Position numbers and translations under genes: made by a program
Shown: one piece after another, positions 39,801 through 56,936 of the stretch
Layout: each line of letters opens with the position of its first letter
Position numbering within the stretch: position 1 is the stretch's first letter
Assembly (NCBI GenBank): GCA_964057225.1
Contig: OZ059899.1
Coordinates: forward strand, 5,394,001-5,458,000
DNA from: Auanema rhodensis
Taxonomy: Eukaryota; Animalia; Nematoda
Direction of reading: 5' to 3'
Length of the DNA stretch: 64,000 nt
The notes under the pieces: generated by a model
What the model was told of the DNA's origin: nothing
Seen by the model: the letters and a program-made list of their open reading frames with translations, nothing else
Databases searched by the model: none

Positions 39801-42800
39801 TTTTTTTATAAAATAAAAAAAAACAAAAAAAAACTATTAAAGATACTTAAATTTTCTCACATCTTAAGCTATTCTCCTCACTTTCGCCCAACAACTTCGT
39901 GCAGTAGTGGCAACAGCTATACCAACTTGATGTTGTTATTCCTGCAAACATTGTTTTGCGACTTGTTTTTTGAATAAGAGGAAGAATAGACAGAAATTCA
40001 GAGAAAGTGAATATGAGATAGAGAGTTCATAAAGAGAGATAAAGGAAAATAGAGAGAGAATACTAAAGAATGGGGAGGGAGGGTAATAGTAGTGTGGAAG
40101 AAGCTAAATGTTAGAAGAATCTTCAATACAAACTTGCTGCTGACATCAACTTTTTTATATTTCAAATACCGATTGAATCGAGTAGTTGCTTGCTCTAATC
40201 ATCAAATCAGCTTATGTGTATGATGTTCGTCTACAAACACATATGTGTATATCTTCTGAATATGAAAGCTTAGATTTACTTTATTTCATAACAATTATAT
40301 TCAAATACAGATGTTCCCTTTCAATCCATATTTTGACTAGTTCATTTGTTCGTATTATTGTAATGTTTTCAAACGAGACCTTTTAATCTTTTGTAATCAG
40401 TTGAATCAAATACGAACAACCTTACCATCATTAGTTCGTCTCTATCTGCATTTCTGATAGAGAAAAAAAGAGGAAAAAAGAGAAAATCGACGGCAAAAGT
40501 ATTGAGGAAGAATGGAACAAATACCTCGAGGTATATCTGTTATATTTGAGCCAACTGTTTCGTAGCCCATTCGCCTCACAATCTTCATCTTCTGGCCCTA
40601 CTGAACAGAGTATAAGATAGAGGAAGAGGCAAAGAGAAGCAAAAAGAAAAAAGAAAAAAAGATAAAGAGTTTGAAAGTAAAGAGAGAAAATGTCATACGA
40701 TGTGTATGCTAGTGTGTATATGTCTGTGAAAAATCTATTTATCTCTCTAAAATCTCTCAATTAACGCATGTTTTATCTTGATATATCTCACATAACCATA
40801 GCTTCATTTTCTCTCTGCCAAACGTCTATCATATAACGCTTTCTTTTTCTCTCTATTTCTCCGCCTTTCTCTCTGTATCTTATTCTTTCTCTAGCAACCT
40901 TCCCATCTTTTTCTGTTTTTTTGTTATCCCCACCTCTATAGTACCACAGGAGCAGCTTGTCTTCCGCGGATTCATTCTCATGGCATGTCTTCACTTCATT
41001 TTCAAGTCGTTTAGTCAAGTGTAGTAGTCTACCTGTATCTACGATGAAGTTGAGTCGAATACCATTTTTCCATGTTTCTATAGCTTTAAGTATGATCGCA
41101 AGAAAGCAATCCTGTATCTTGTTCTACTGTTTCTATCATTCTCATCTTCTCTCTTCTTCACATCTAAGATGTAATTCTATGAACGTTATCCGGTACATTC
41201 TCTCTCTGATCAAAGTTTCGATTCGATGCCTCAAACAGAACATTCTCGCTGTTCATCATCAGAATAATACTCTTCTTTATTCATTTTTCTACAAAATCTA
41301 CACGATTTGATTTTTTATGTCTCTACAGAAGTAGAAATTATAATTTCTAAGTTCAAAAATCAGCTTAGTCTGATAATTCGACTTAAAAGTAAAATTATGA
41401 CAACTTATGCTTTAATATCAACAATTGAATATTTCAGCACATATTGCTACCTAGCTATGCTTTTACAACATTTGTATTTATGTATAAAGGTCATAAAACA
41501 TCTACAACCCATTTCCAATCAGTAAATTAATAAGATTCAGATATATTTTTGATAAAAACAGAAGTGTATAGCATCTTCTTTCATCCAACAACATTCACAC
41601 CGTTTTCTCAATTTTCTTCGCAATTTGTTTTCTAGGCACCTTTTGATTCGAATTATTTCCTGTGCATTGTCTTCAACAGTTTTTATTTATTTTATCATAT
41701 CCCAAGCTGGAAACCAACTTTTCGCATAGTTTTGTTTCCATCCTCAGTATGTTTGAGCTTGCAAGGTTTAAAGTCGAAAAGCCGTAAAAGTTGTAATATC
41801 GACGACGGGGAGGATGACTAGCCATACGGCAAGATCTCTGTTTCAGAAGAAAAATGCAAAAACTCAGGAAACTAGAGATAATGAGCAAATAGGAGAGTAA
41901 GTGGCAGATAAGAAGAGGAGAAGGGATAGGATAATGTTATAGAGAGAAAAGCAGCAGTATTAGAAAGAATACAAAGAGAAGGAGAATGAGGACGATCAAA
42001 TGTCTGCGTGTTCTTGTCCCAAAGCTTGGCATTGGCATTGACATTTTACTTCTTCTTTTTTTCTTCTTTAATGCATTTAATAGTGAAATTGTTTTTAAAA
42101 TAATTACCAATATAGAGACTGATCGCGAATACTCGAGCCTTATCACACCTGGTCCCTACAATCCTTTCGCAGTGCAGATCAAGCACGCAGACCCATATAA
42201 CATTCGCTCTTTCCTATCACGTTCAGATTTACAACTCAGAGAAAATCTTAAGCATTATAATTTTTGAAAATGAAATAATTATATAATCTGGTATTTAATG
42301 AAGAAGTAGAATATTATCAAAAAATTTACTGTTCATAAGTTTTTGTGGCAGAAAAAGACACAAAAGATGAACTACACAGCCAAGTGCAACAACGTCATTT
42401 GCCCTTTTTGCGTCATATCATGACGCAAAACACCCTTTTATCGTCCATGGATTCTTACTTCCACTCTTCTCTTATCTTTTAATCACTTGAATGAATATTG
42501 TAATCAACAATATCTAGCTACTCTTCTAAACTATCTTTATAGATAGAGATAGCCCCATCCTCCCTATTAGAAGTATATATGTATATATATATATCTAAAT
42601 TGGTCAAAGCCAGCCATTTTCCTATGTTAAAGAACAAACATAATTCATTAACTTTCCAATATCTTACCTCACTAATATAAAATCTTCGAAAACCTATCCC
42701 AATTCGGTAGCTTCGTCCATAGCCAGCAATGTATGCTATATGTTCCCTCCTTCCCCAGTATCTATTCGCTCGTATTACTAACTAGAGCTTAATGGTAATG

Positions 42801-44808
42801 CCATTTTATATAAAGTCTTTCGTTTACCATTTTTTAATTCTTTTTTCTTCATTTTACTTTTCTTCTTATAAATTCATTTTTAAAACTACATATTATTCTT
42901 AATTTTTTCAATAATTAACTATTGAAAGAAACATCCTTAAAATGAAAATAGAGTTGGTATTCATAACTCAAAATCCAACATAATGACTATTTTCTTTTCT
43001 TTCTCGTTTACGCTATCAATCATCTCTACATCTTTCCTAGAATTTATTCACAAATACGGAATTACTCGATCCAATGACCACTAGCCTTCTCAGGCTCTAT
43101 TGATCATGCAGTTTCACTCGCCTATGGCTAGTCGGACAACAACTAGTCGGACAAGGATATGCTGTCATACAACCACAAATGCCTATTTCACCTTCCAGCT
43201 GCTTATAGATCTTTTAGCTCTTGGGGGTATTTTCTTTTGCGTTTTCTAGTCAGAAAAAAACTTTCGATTAGGTTTGTATGTCGTATAAATAAGTGCTACA
43301 TGGCCATCATGAGGTTAGTCCTCACTCACATTTTCTTTTGTTCTTCAAAATTTTTCTCTAGTTTCTCTTCTATTTTTTTCACTCGCTTTTCTCTGGATCC
43401 GGTGCACATAGTCTGGCATTTCGGACGTCGCACCGCAGCCAAAGTATTACACCGTCAAGTTCACCGCACAAATAATCCCTGGAGCCCGTTGCTTGCTTTC
43501 AAGTAAGAAGCTCAAATTCCTTTCTCTATAGCTGTAAGGCTATGTTGCGACTTGTGGTATTGCTTTTAGACTCCTGAATGCAAGTTCTAAGTAGTCCAAG
43601 TTAATGTAGTTGAGCTGCACAAGTCTAACAAAGCAACTTCATACAGCATCAAAATATGTGATACTTTCTACATTTCCTAATATTTGAGCGATGATAAACT
43701 GACGTTTTCATATGACACGTTGACTAAAAGGTCAAACTTATAAGAAAAACTAGAGTAGGTTTGATTTTCATAAGATTTCCAACAAAAATTTTTGTAATTA
43801 TTGGCTGATCAAATAGAAATATTTCATCCACCTTATACCAGATTAATTATTTGCATATGCCTTCTCTTCAGATATACAACAGATTTATTTCAAAAATTTT
43901 TAGAATTTTAGTTTTCTTCCGTTCACTTTGCGTACCTGGACGACTGAATCGAACAAATCTAATGCTCGTTTCCTATTGTTATTTTCTCTCACCTTCTTTC
44001 TTCATTTGATTGCTGTCGGTCTGTAGCTCTTTGAGTCTCCCTTTTGCCTCACATCAACTATTAAAACTCAAGTTGATATGCTTTTAAAGTTTTTCTATGA
44101 ACATAAGAGTACTCCAGAGCCCGAAAAAACTAATTATTTATCCAGCAAATGAATTATTTTTTCTGCTAGGGGTGATGTAAAATATACATACCTGAAGAGA
44201 TGCTCTCTCTACTAACAAAAAACAAGTCAATGTCTTTTAATTTCAGGTCTTTTGACTGACATTGCGAAACATTTGTAAGATAACAAGCATTATGTGCAAC
44301 AATCAACACAATAGTTTATCTTTTACTCAACTAGCCCTACCAATTATCACTGCTTCCAAGTCATATTCTGTTTTTCTTATGTCAGGTGTTGTTAGCATAC
44401 AACAGCCCCTGTTAAGATTTTAATCTCAATAGCTAAATCTAAAGCTCTCTTCTAAAACAATTCAGTTCTTTTATTTATTAACAATTGTTTAAACACAATG
44501 TCCCACATTTCTATTACTATACGAGAACTATATATCATAGTAGCATTGAATGGCCTTGAATGTTAAAGGTCTGTGTCAAAGGGTCCTATCGCTTTTTCAC
44601 AGTAGACACATATACGATGACGTTTATAAAGTACTGGTCACTCAAAAGTACCCGTTGATCTCTGCTTTCATCCATACTCGGTTTTTATTAATTGAATTGA
44701 ATAATTTCTATAAATTTAATATTGTCTTGTTATTACATATTATACAATATCTTTACAAAATCTTTTTTGTTTAATATTCTTGTTTTGAACATTGTGTTCA
44801 TAATCTAC

Positions 44809-44820
44809 TTTGACGTCAAA
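44809..44820. promoter_or_regulatory. Palindromic CRE (TTTGACGTCAAA) upstream of the sca-1 first coding exon
   Basis: Perfect TGACGTCA about 310 nt before the ATG; function not demonstrated. Confidence 0.35.
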
Positions 44821-45132
44821 TTTCCAAAAAAAGCCAAAAAAAAAAAGCGTTTCTTCAAACTTTTATCAGTTATATTACGCTCATTGTCAATTATACGTTA
44901 AGGACGGTCTATCAGATTGATTTTTTTTGTGAATGGTTATATATTTTTGATTAGAATCTCCTCAAATCCATAGATTAGTTATAATATTGTTGCAATCTAT
45001 TGTGTTCATGTACTCCAGTTTTATTTACATTACGTTATTTTTTCATCTCGTATTTTATTATTTGATCAAATATTCATTTTTATCAATTTTTGTTTCAGAA
45101 ACGCCGAAAACTCTTGGGTAACTAGTCCAAAT

Positions 45133-49074
<3,942 letters not shown>

Positions 49075-49956
49075 GCGTGTGATATAATAACCACTTCTGA
49101 TGTGTCTAATACGGTTTCCTAGAGTGAATAACAGTTCGTAATATTTTCCCTTCTGTTGTTCTCCTTATTTCCCTGTGTTTTGCTCACACTATTGCACGTC
49201 ATGTTTCTGTCAAGCTTTCCTTCTACTGCTACTTTCCACGTTTCTGACGTATGGGTGTGTGCAAAATAAAAGTCTCTTAATGGATCATAATATTTCCCAT
49301 AATTATGTTTGATTTACTCCTTAGGATATTTCTCTTCGTTACTAGTCGCCTTTCACAATGTGGAAGGCGTCCTCTTGTCAAAATTTGCCAAACCAGTCGT
49401 GCGGTTGTTTAAAATTAAATTATTCATGTCTGTCTTAATATTTCTTTTTATTCCTATGTATTTAACTAACAGTCTATTATAACTAGATTGCTGAGTGTTC
49501 TTGTGTGTTGATCACTCACAAATTTTTACAATTTTTAAAATCTTATTCAATATTTTTCTTTCCCATTTGTTAATGTTGCGTTGGATAAAATGTCATGAGT
49601 CCATAAGTTACTGTCAGAATAAATGCATATTACGGTATATGGTTAGTTATCCGTTTCTACAATTGGGTAAGTCGATTTTTTCCTTTGTATGTTGTATTCC
49701 GTTTGTGGTGATGCATGGAGTGTTGATTAATATGATGTAAAAGCAACGAAGTCTGATTTGGATAGGTTTGAAGTACCAAGGAGTTGAAAAAAACGTTTAA
49801 GCAGATTTATTGAACAAGCTAAATTTCCGATTTTGAAAAGAGCGTCGTGCAAATGAAAATAGTTCACCTAAGGGGGTGAATTTCATGTCGTACTGTAGAT
49901 GTTCCATGTTGTCATCTTTTTTTTTTATACAATTTTTCTCATAGTTTTATTTTCAG

Positions 49957-49991
49957 TGGAAACAGTCGACTCCAAGAAGAAGAGAGAATAA
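49957..49991 (+). CDS. sca-1: Alternative terminal exon of SERCA short isoform (..NYID-VETVDSKKKRE*)
   Basis: An internal donor ATCGATG|GTAAGC after 48901 joins in phase 1 to TTTTCAG|TGGAAACAGTCGACTCCAAGAAGAAGAGAGAATAA. This matches the known two-tail splicing of nematode sca-1. Confidence 0.9.
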
Positions 49992-50777
49992 GCTCTCTAG
50001 TATACAAAGAGTTTCAAAATTTTCTTTCACCTCAGACAAGTATTACTAAAATTGTTATATTTTACCATGTAGACTAGGTTTAACGGATATAATTCCGTAA
50101 TTCATAGTATATTTGTTTATTTTTTACTTGTGTCAAGTGCTTTATATCATATAGTTCGGTGGTGATTTTGGTCTTTACCTGGTCATTTATTCGCTCGCTC
50201 TTGACTTTCGTGATTGTTTTAAACGAACCTAATTTTCTATCTACATACGATTTTTTGCTAGTTTAACGGTTAGCATCTGCTCAATTTTTTAGAAGATTTA
50301 TCCAGCTAATTAACTGGAGAAATAGTAACCTTAGAACCTAGTGTTTGCAGGTCGCGCATAACCCTTCCCATTATTGATGGTTTTTTTGTCATTAAATTGG
50401 ATAGAATTATGTAAATTAAATTTTTTCTAATTGTCATCCTTATCAGAATAAAGATATAAAAAATGTATTAATTGCTCAAATAAGTCTTGTTATAACGAAT
50501 ATAGTATTGGTTTATAATAACACAAAAGCCATATATATATATATATATATTATACACATCGGACGTGCTAATTGAAGTTACATATATGACAAAATTTTTT
50601 ATTCAATCTGTTATGAAACTCTTATTTGTGACTTGTATTTATTCAATTCGATTGATACGCAAGCTTATGCCACGTCTTGTATTGACTCTGGACATCGTTT
50701 TACACATGAAAATGCATTATGCTCTTCTTCGTTCACAAAATCTGTTTTAATTATATTATTTACAGACTTTCTTTAGT

Positions 50778-53351
50778 ATGGGCATTGCCCGGTTATTGGT
50801 ACCTAGAAAAAAAGAAAATATATTCAATTTCTTGCTGTTAATAATTTGTGCATTTGTGATTTATTATTATTATTGGGTTGTTGTACCACAACGTATAGCA
50901 GGTTAGAATTTCTATATTTCTTAGTATCGTATTGAAAGTCGCCGCATCTCAGAAGAAAACGAGGAGAGATTAATCCGTGATCCTTATCTCTATGGCAGTC
51001 TTCGTCGAGGTGCTCGGTATGTAAGACCGAATTTAGTGAAAAAAGTTCGAGGGCAAGGAGAGTTAGGAGCAGCAGTCATATTAACTGGCGTAGACAAAGA
51101 ACTAGGAGAAAAAGACATGAAAAATTGGTTCATGAATGTTAGAGCAAGGTATGGTTTTTGAAAATTGAATTTGTCGCTTATTTTCATTAGAAAAAGCAAT
51201 TGTTTCTTTTTGTGTTCCTTTACGTAACAGACTTTTGTTACACAACTCATCAATCCACATGAGCATTTTCTGTTCTTTTTCACAGGTTGTTAGAAACCTA
51301 ACATTTAAAAAAATATATCTGTTTTCAAGGCTTTTTGTTTTGAATTTTTTGAAAAAGAATACGTTCAAATTTCAGTGACAAGATATCATTAGATAGAACT
51401 CTGCCAGATACAAGAAGGGATGAATGTAAAACTATAAAGTATGATTATGAGAACTTGCCTAAGGTTGTGAAGTAGAGAAGTACATTCTCTAATTTTCTGT
51501 TTTTTTAAGGCATCTGTTATTATAATTTTCACGGACGAAGCTTGGTCTCCTTTACTCCGAACAGTTCACTCTGTTGTTAATAGAAGTCCTCCACAGCTGT
51601 TGGAAGAAGTCATTCTTTTGGATGATAATAGTCAACGGGGTTTTCTTAGTAATTATCAATCTATGACCTTTTTATATTTTATAGAAGAATTAAAAGGACA
51701 ATTAGATGATTACATTCGTATTTTTGATGGAATCGTACGAATTATCCGAAAAGATACTCGTCATGGTCTTATAAGGTATGTATCAGATGATAAGCTCTTG
51801 TAACTAATATATTCAGAGCAAAATTAGCGGGTGCTAGAGAAGCAGTTGGAAGCGTTGTTATTTTTTTGGATTCCCACTGTGAAGCTAATGCCGGATGGTA
51901 GTATATTTATTATTATATTCCTTAATAAATTATGTTAAGGCTGGAGCCTCTGCTGCAAAGAATTCATGATAATCCGAAGGCTATTGTTTGTCCAGTTATA
52001 GATCATATTAGCGCTGAAACTATGGCCTACAATGGTGACAAGTATGCCACTTCGGTGGGAGGTAAACTTTCATAGGAAATATATTTTGGTATCCAATATT
52101 GCTTAGGCTTTTCATGGGCTCTTCATTTCACCTGGGAATCTATGCCAGAAAGTGAAGCCGAGCGAAGAAAAAGTGTGACAGAATATATAAGGTATCTAAG
52201 TTACTACTTTTTCTCCAGGCTAAATAGTAAGTTTTAGATCGCCTACTATGGCTGGGGGACTTTTGGCTGCAAATCGCGACTACTTCTTCAAAATAGGAGG
52301 CTATGATGAAGAAATGGATATTTGGGGTGGGGAAAATTTGGAAATATCCTTTAGGGTATGTTTGTGGTTCAAATTATTACAATATTGTTAGTAAAGGTTT
52401 GGATGTGTGGAGGTTCCATTGAGTTTATCCCCTGCTCCCATGTTGGGCATATATTCAGAAATGGTCATCCTTATAACATGACAGGTTTTAATAAGAACTT
52501 TTTTTTTTCGAAAAATTATTAATGAATGTTATTTAGGAAGAAATGGCAATAAGGATGTTCATGGGACGAATTCTAAACGCTTAGCTGAAGTGTGGATGGA
52601 TAATTATAAACGACTTTATTATTTACACAGGCCAGATTTAATTGTGAGCGTATGAATTGTTATATAGATTTTAAAACCAATTTTATAGGATAAAGATGTT
52701 GGGGATTTGACTGATCGAATTGAACTTAGAGATAGGCTTAGTTGTCAATCATTCAAATGGTATTTAGATAATATCGTACCAGGAAAATTTCTCATGGATG
52801 AAAATGTTCAAGCATACGGAACTGTAAGAAAAGTAAAGTTACATCTAGAAATCCAAAATATTTCAGCTTCATACTTTAGTTGGGGGATATAGAATGTGTA
52901 GTGATACCCTTCAGAGAAACGAAAAGTCGAATTTTTATCTAGGTGTTTTTCCTTGTCAAGGTAAAGGTAGTTCTCCACAGGTTAGTTAATTCACGAAATT
53001 TTCAAATTTATCTTAATATTGGAGATTATGTCGCTTGCACGATCAGGAGAACTAAGAAGAGAAGTTGTTTGCGCTCAAGCTTCAGATTTTAATATGCTCC
53101 GTACTCGCGCGAAAGTTCTTATGGTTAGATGTTTTGAAGGTATTGATAAATGGACATATGAGGTAATTTCCATTTCATATAATGATTACAGAATATTTAA
53201 TCCTATAAATTTTTAGTACTCGCAAATAAAACATGTTAAATCAGGACTGTGCTTGTCTACCAGAGATTTAACTGGTGGTGATGATATTATTTTGGAAACT
53301 TGTGATAGCGGAGATGGACATCAACTTTGGAGATTTACCAGTCCAAAGTAA
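50778..53351 (+). CDS. gly-9: Polypeptide N-acetylgalactosaminyltransferase, gly-9-like copy A
   Basis: Type II TM N-terminus, [49 protein letters not shown] (DxH), [57 protein letters not shown] and a C-terminal ricin lectin domain. From recall, closest to C. elegans GLY-9. Confidence 0.93.
52302..52416 (+). repeat. 115-bp exact duplicate, copy 1 (in GalNAc-T A)
   Basis: TATGATGAAGAAATG...GTGTGGAGGTTC is identical to 55941-56055, including the 41-nt intron 52356-52396. Confidence 0.95.
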
Positions 53352-53716
53352 AAAATTTAACAAAATCTTTTTTCATTATACGTAATAGCTCGTAGACGAA
53401 TTTAGCACGAACTATAGCGAACTTACAACTGGGTTAAAATAATTGCTCTTGAACATTCACTTGTTATTTATTTTAAATTACGAGAATACGATTCATATAA
53501 TATTCTTATAATTAATTTTTATTTGTATTTGTTATTCTCTTTGCTTTAATTCTCAACTTGGCTGTGATTCATGAAATTGACTGTGATGTGATCGTAATAG
53601 TTATTAATATCTATAAATTTATGTTTTATTTCGAGCATTTTATTTTTTTGTTTATTTCTGTAATTATTTTCTTTCTGTTTTATATATAGATTGCTTTATT
53701 AGCTTATTTAGAAAGA

Positions 53717-54444
53717 ATGAGTGATGGAGAAACAGAGGTTGTGTCCTTGGCCCCTGGACCAATTCCAGGAGTTTCTTATCCCCTAAGAATGGTATATTGT
53801 GGAGGTATGATTATACAAAATATAATTCATTTTAAAATGTTGTGTTTCAGAATGTTCTATGCCTTTGGAATATTGTGAATTCAGTGGCATCACTGAAAAA
53901 TGTCGTAAGTGGGCTGAGAACAACGCTCCAGATGCTTTAGGAGCTTTGAAACTTGAGGGAGATGGAGGAGAATTCGATGGAGACGAAAAGAAACATCAGA
54001 AAAGAGGAGGGAAGGGTGTTAAGGTTCTGTTCAATACATTTGTAAAAATTTAATTCATGAATTTTCAGCCTGTTAAGGAAAGAAAACCTGGATCCGGTAA
54101 GATTACTCTCCAAAGAGAGCCTAGAGGAAAGAAAAGTGTTACTGTTATTAAAGGATTGGCTTTGAATGGTTAATAAGAACTTAAAATAGGCTAATCTTTT
54201 AAAATGTTTAGAAATCGATCTCAAAGTTGCCGCGAAGTTTTTCGCACAGAAATTTGCCTGTGGAAGTTCTGTTACTGGAGTAGACGAAATCGTTATTCAA
54301 GGAGATGTTAAAGATGACCTTTTTGACCTTATTACTTCAAAGTGGCCTCAGGTTTAGTAATTGCATTAGAAAACATAAAAATAAGCTTATTGATTTCAGG
54401 TTAGCGATGACCTCATCGAAGATTTGGGGGACAAGAAGCGTTAG
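53717..54444 (+). CDS. DENR: Density-regulated protein (DENR/Tma22, SUI1-domain re-initiation factor)
   Basis: [20 protein letters not shown] zinc-binding N-terminus, [51 protein letters not shown] and IEDLGDKKR*; five exons. Confidence 0.96.
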
Positions 54445-54659
54445 AAACGGGGTTTAGAAACTGTTTTCCACTTATTATTATATCTACTTCTTTTTGGTGT
54501 TTCTTTATTTTACATTGTGCAAGTTTCATTTGGTTTCTGGTAAATATTTTATAAGTTTCTTCTGTTTTACGTGATTATTCAATATGGATTTAATCGAATT
54601 TAATTATCTTTAACTACGAAATTTTTTGTTCAAAAGTTAACGTTTTTTATAGGCCTATA

Positions 54660-56936
54660 ATGAGCCGTATACGATGTACATTAAGACAGAAGGCTAGGAT
54701 ACGAAACATTGTTTTTGTTTTAATTGGAGGATTTTTTTTTGTTACATGGAGTAGGGATGGCTCCAAAGCATATTCTATTGATTCTGATACATCCTATGAT
54801 CCTGGTTTTCATCAGGTGATTGCATCAAGTCTACATTATTTTCAACAAAACGTATATCCATTATTAATCTTTTTGTTCTTAGATTCCAGATTATACCAAA
54901 CCTAGAGAAGGTCCTGGTGAGGATGGAGCACCTGTTGAATTATCAGAGGAAGAGAAAAAAATATCTGAAGAGCAGATTAAGAAATACTTTATGAGCGTGA
55001 TTTCAAGGTATATATAAAATACTTATGCTTTTTTGAACTATGTTAATTAAGTGATAAAGTCCCATTAGATCGTAGCATACCGGATTCTCGATCTCAAGAA
55101 TGTCGAGCACTAAACTATGATCATATTTATCGTGATCCTCCTACCATTTCAGTTGTAATTATCTTCACAAATGAATTTTTTTCATGTGGGAAAAAATCTG
55201 AATATGTTTCATATAAAAGTTTTTTTAGCTGTTATGAGAACTGTTCACTCGGTTGTTAATAGAACCCCTAAAAATTGGTTAAAGGAGATTGTTCTTGTTG
55301 ATGATGTTAGTGAAAGAGGTACATTTAAAAAATTTTTGTTGAATAAATTTAAATTCTATTCAGAGGAACTCGGAACTAAATTAGAAGAGCATATTAAACG
55401 CTTTGGATCATTAGTGAAATTATTTAGATCAACTGAGAGATTAGGTCTTATTAGGTTTATTTTTAATTTGATTCTTGTTATTCAAATTTCATTAGAGCCA
55501 AGGTATTTGGTGCTAAGCGAACAACAGGAGAAATTTTGGTTTTTCTGGATGCTCACTGTGAAGCCAATATTGGATGGTAATCAGTTATAATCAGTTTTTG
55601 TCATTTTTATTAAATTTTTTTTGAAGGGCTGAACCAATTGTTGCTCGAATTAGAGAAAATAGAAGAGCTGTAGTTTGCCCTGTAATAGATTCTATTTCTG
55701 ACACTAACTTGGCATACCTGGGTGGATCCCATGGTGGTGTTGGAACGTTTTGGTGGTCCTTACATTATAGTATGGGCCCTATGCCGAAAAAAGAAATTGC
55801 TCGCCGAAAAAATCCAGAAACTGATTACATAAGGTTGAAGTGAACCGTCCCACCTACTTAAGCAAAGATATTTTAGATCTCCCACGATGGCTGGTGGTCT
55901 ATTTGCAGCTAATAGGGAATATTTCTTTGAAGTTGGAGCATATGATGAAGAAATGGATATTTGGGGTGGGGAAAATTTGGAAATATCCTTTAGGGTATGT
56001 TTGTGGTTCAAATTATTACAATATTGTTAGTAAAGGTTTGGATGTGTGGAGGTTCAGTAGAAATCCTTCCTTGTTCTCATGTTGGCCACATATTCCGTTC
56101 AGGTCATCCATACGACATGACAGGTATGACTAAATAATGTTTTTTGATAATATGATAATTCTATCAAGGAAGAAATGGTAACAAAGATGTTCATGGAACC
56201 AATTCCAAGAGATTGGCTGAAGTTTGGATGGATGACTATAAGAGATTCTACTATATGCAAAGAATGGGCTTGAAGGTAGTTTGTATTTAATGCTGAAGTA
56301 TTGAGATTGTTTTTAGGATCTAGATGCTGGCGATCTTACTTCTCGTAAAGAATTAAGAGAAAGGTTGAAGTGCAATTCTTTCAAATGGTTCTTGGATAAT
56401 GTGATTCCTCAAAAATATGTGCTCGATGAAAATGTTCATGCTTTCGGTATTGTTAGAGGTGAGCGACGCCTATGTTTGGACACTCTGCAACGTTTGGAAA
56501 ACAAGGTTCCTACTTTGATTTTTTATATTATTTATCAGAGATTCAGGGTATTGTTAATGTAGGAGTTTACAATTGTCAAGACGCTGGAAGCTCTTCTGAG
56601 TTTTTCTCGTATTCCCGTGATCGGGAATTCCGACGTGAAACAACATGTGTAGATGTTGGAGATTCCATAGCAGCAGGCAAATTTAATGTGATATTAAGAG
56701 ACTGTGACGAAGATAATCTTATTCCGTTTGAACATACGAAGGTCGGATTTTACTATCAAGAAAATAAATGAAAAATATGTTTCTAGGGTGGAGGACTGAT
56801 CAAACATATTCAGCGTGATTTATGTATAGATATGGAAAATGTAGAAGCAGGTGGAGATGTATATTTCACTCATTGTGATTCTAGTAAACCTAGCCAAATA
56901 TGGAAGATGGCTGATTATTATAATCTTCCAAACTAG
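54660..56936 (+). CDS. Polypeptide N-acetylgalactosaminyltransferase, gly-9-like copy B (diverged paralogue)
   Basis: TM N-terminus, [69 protein letters not shown] lectin repeats and terminal [11 protein letters not shown]. Mostly the same intron positions as copy A. Confidence 0.92.
55941..56055 (+). repeat. 115-bp exact duplicate, copy 2 (in GalNAc-T B)
   Basis: Identical to 52302-52416. Confidence 0.95.
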
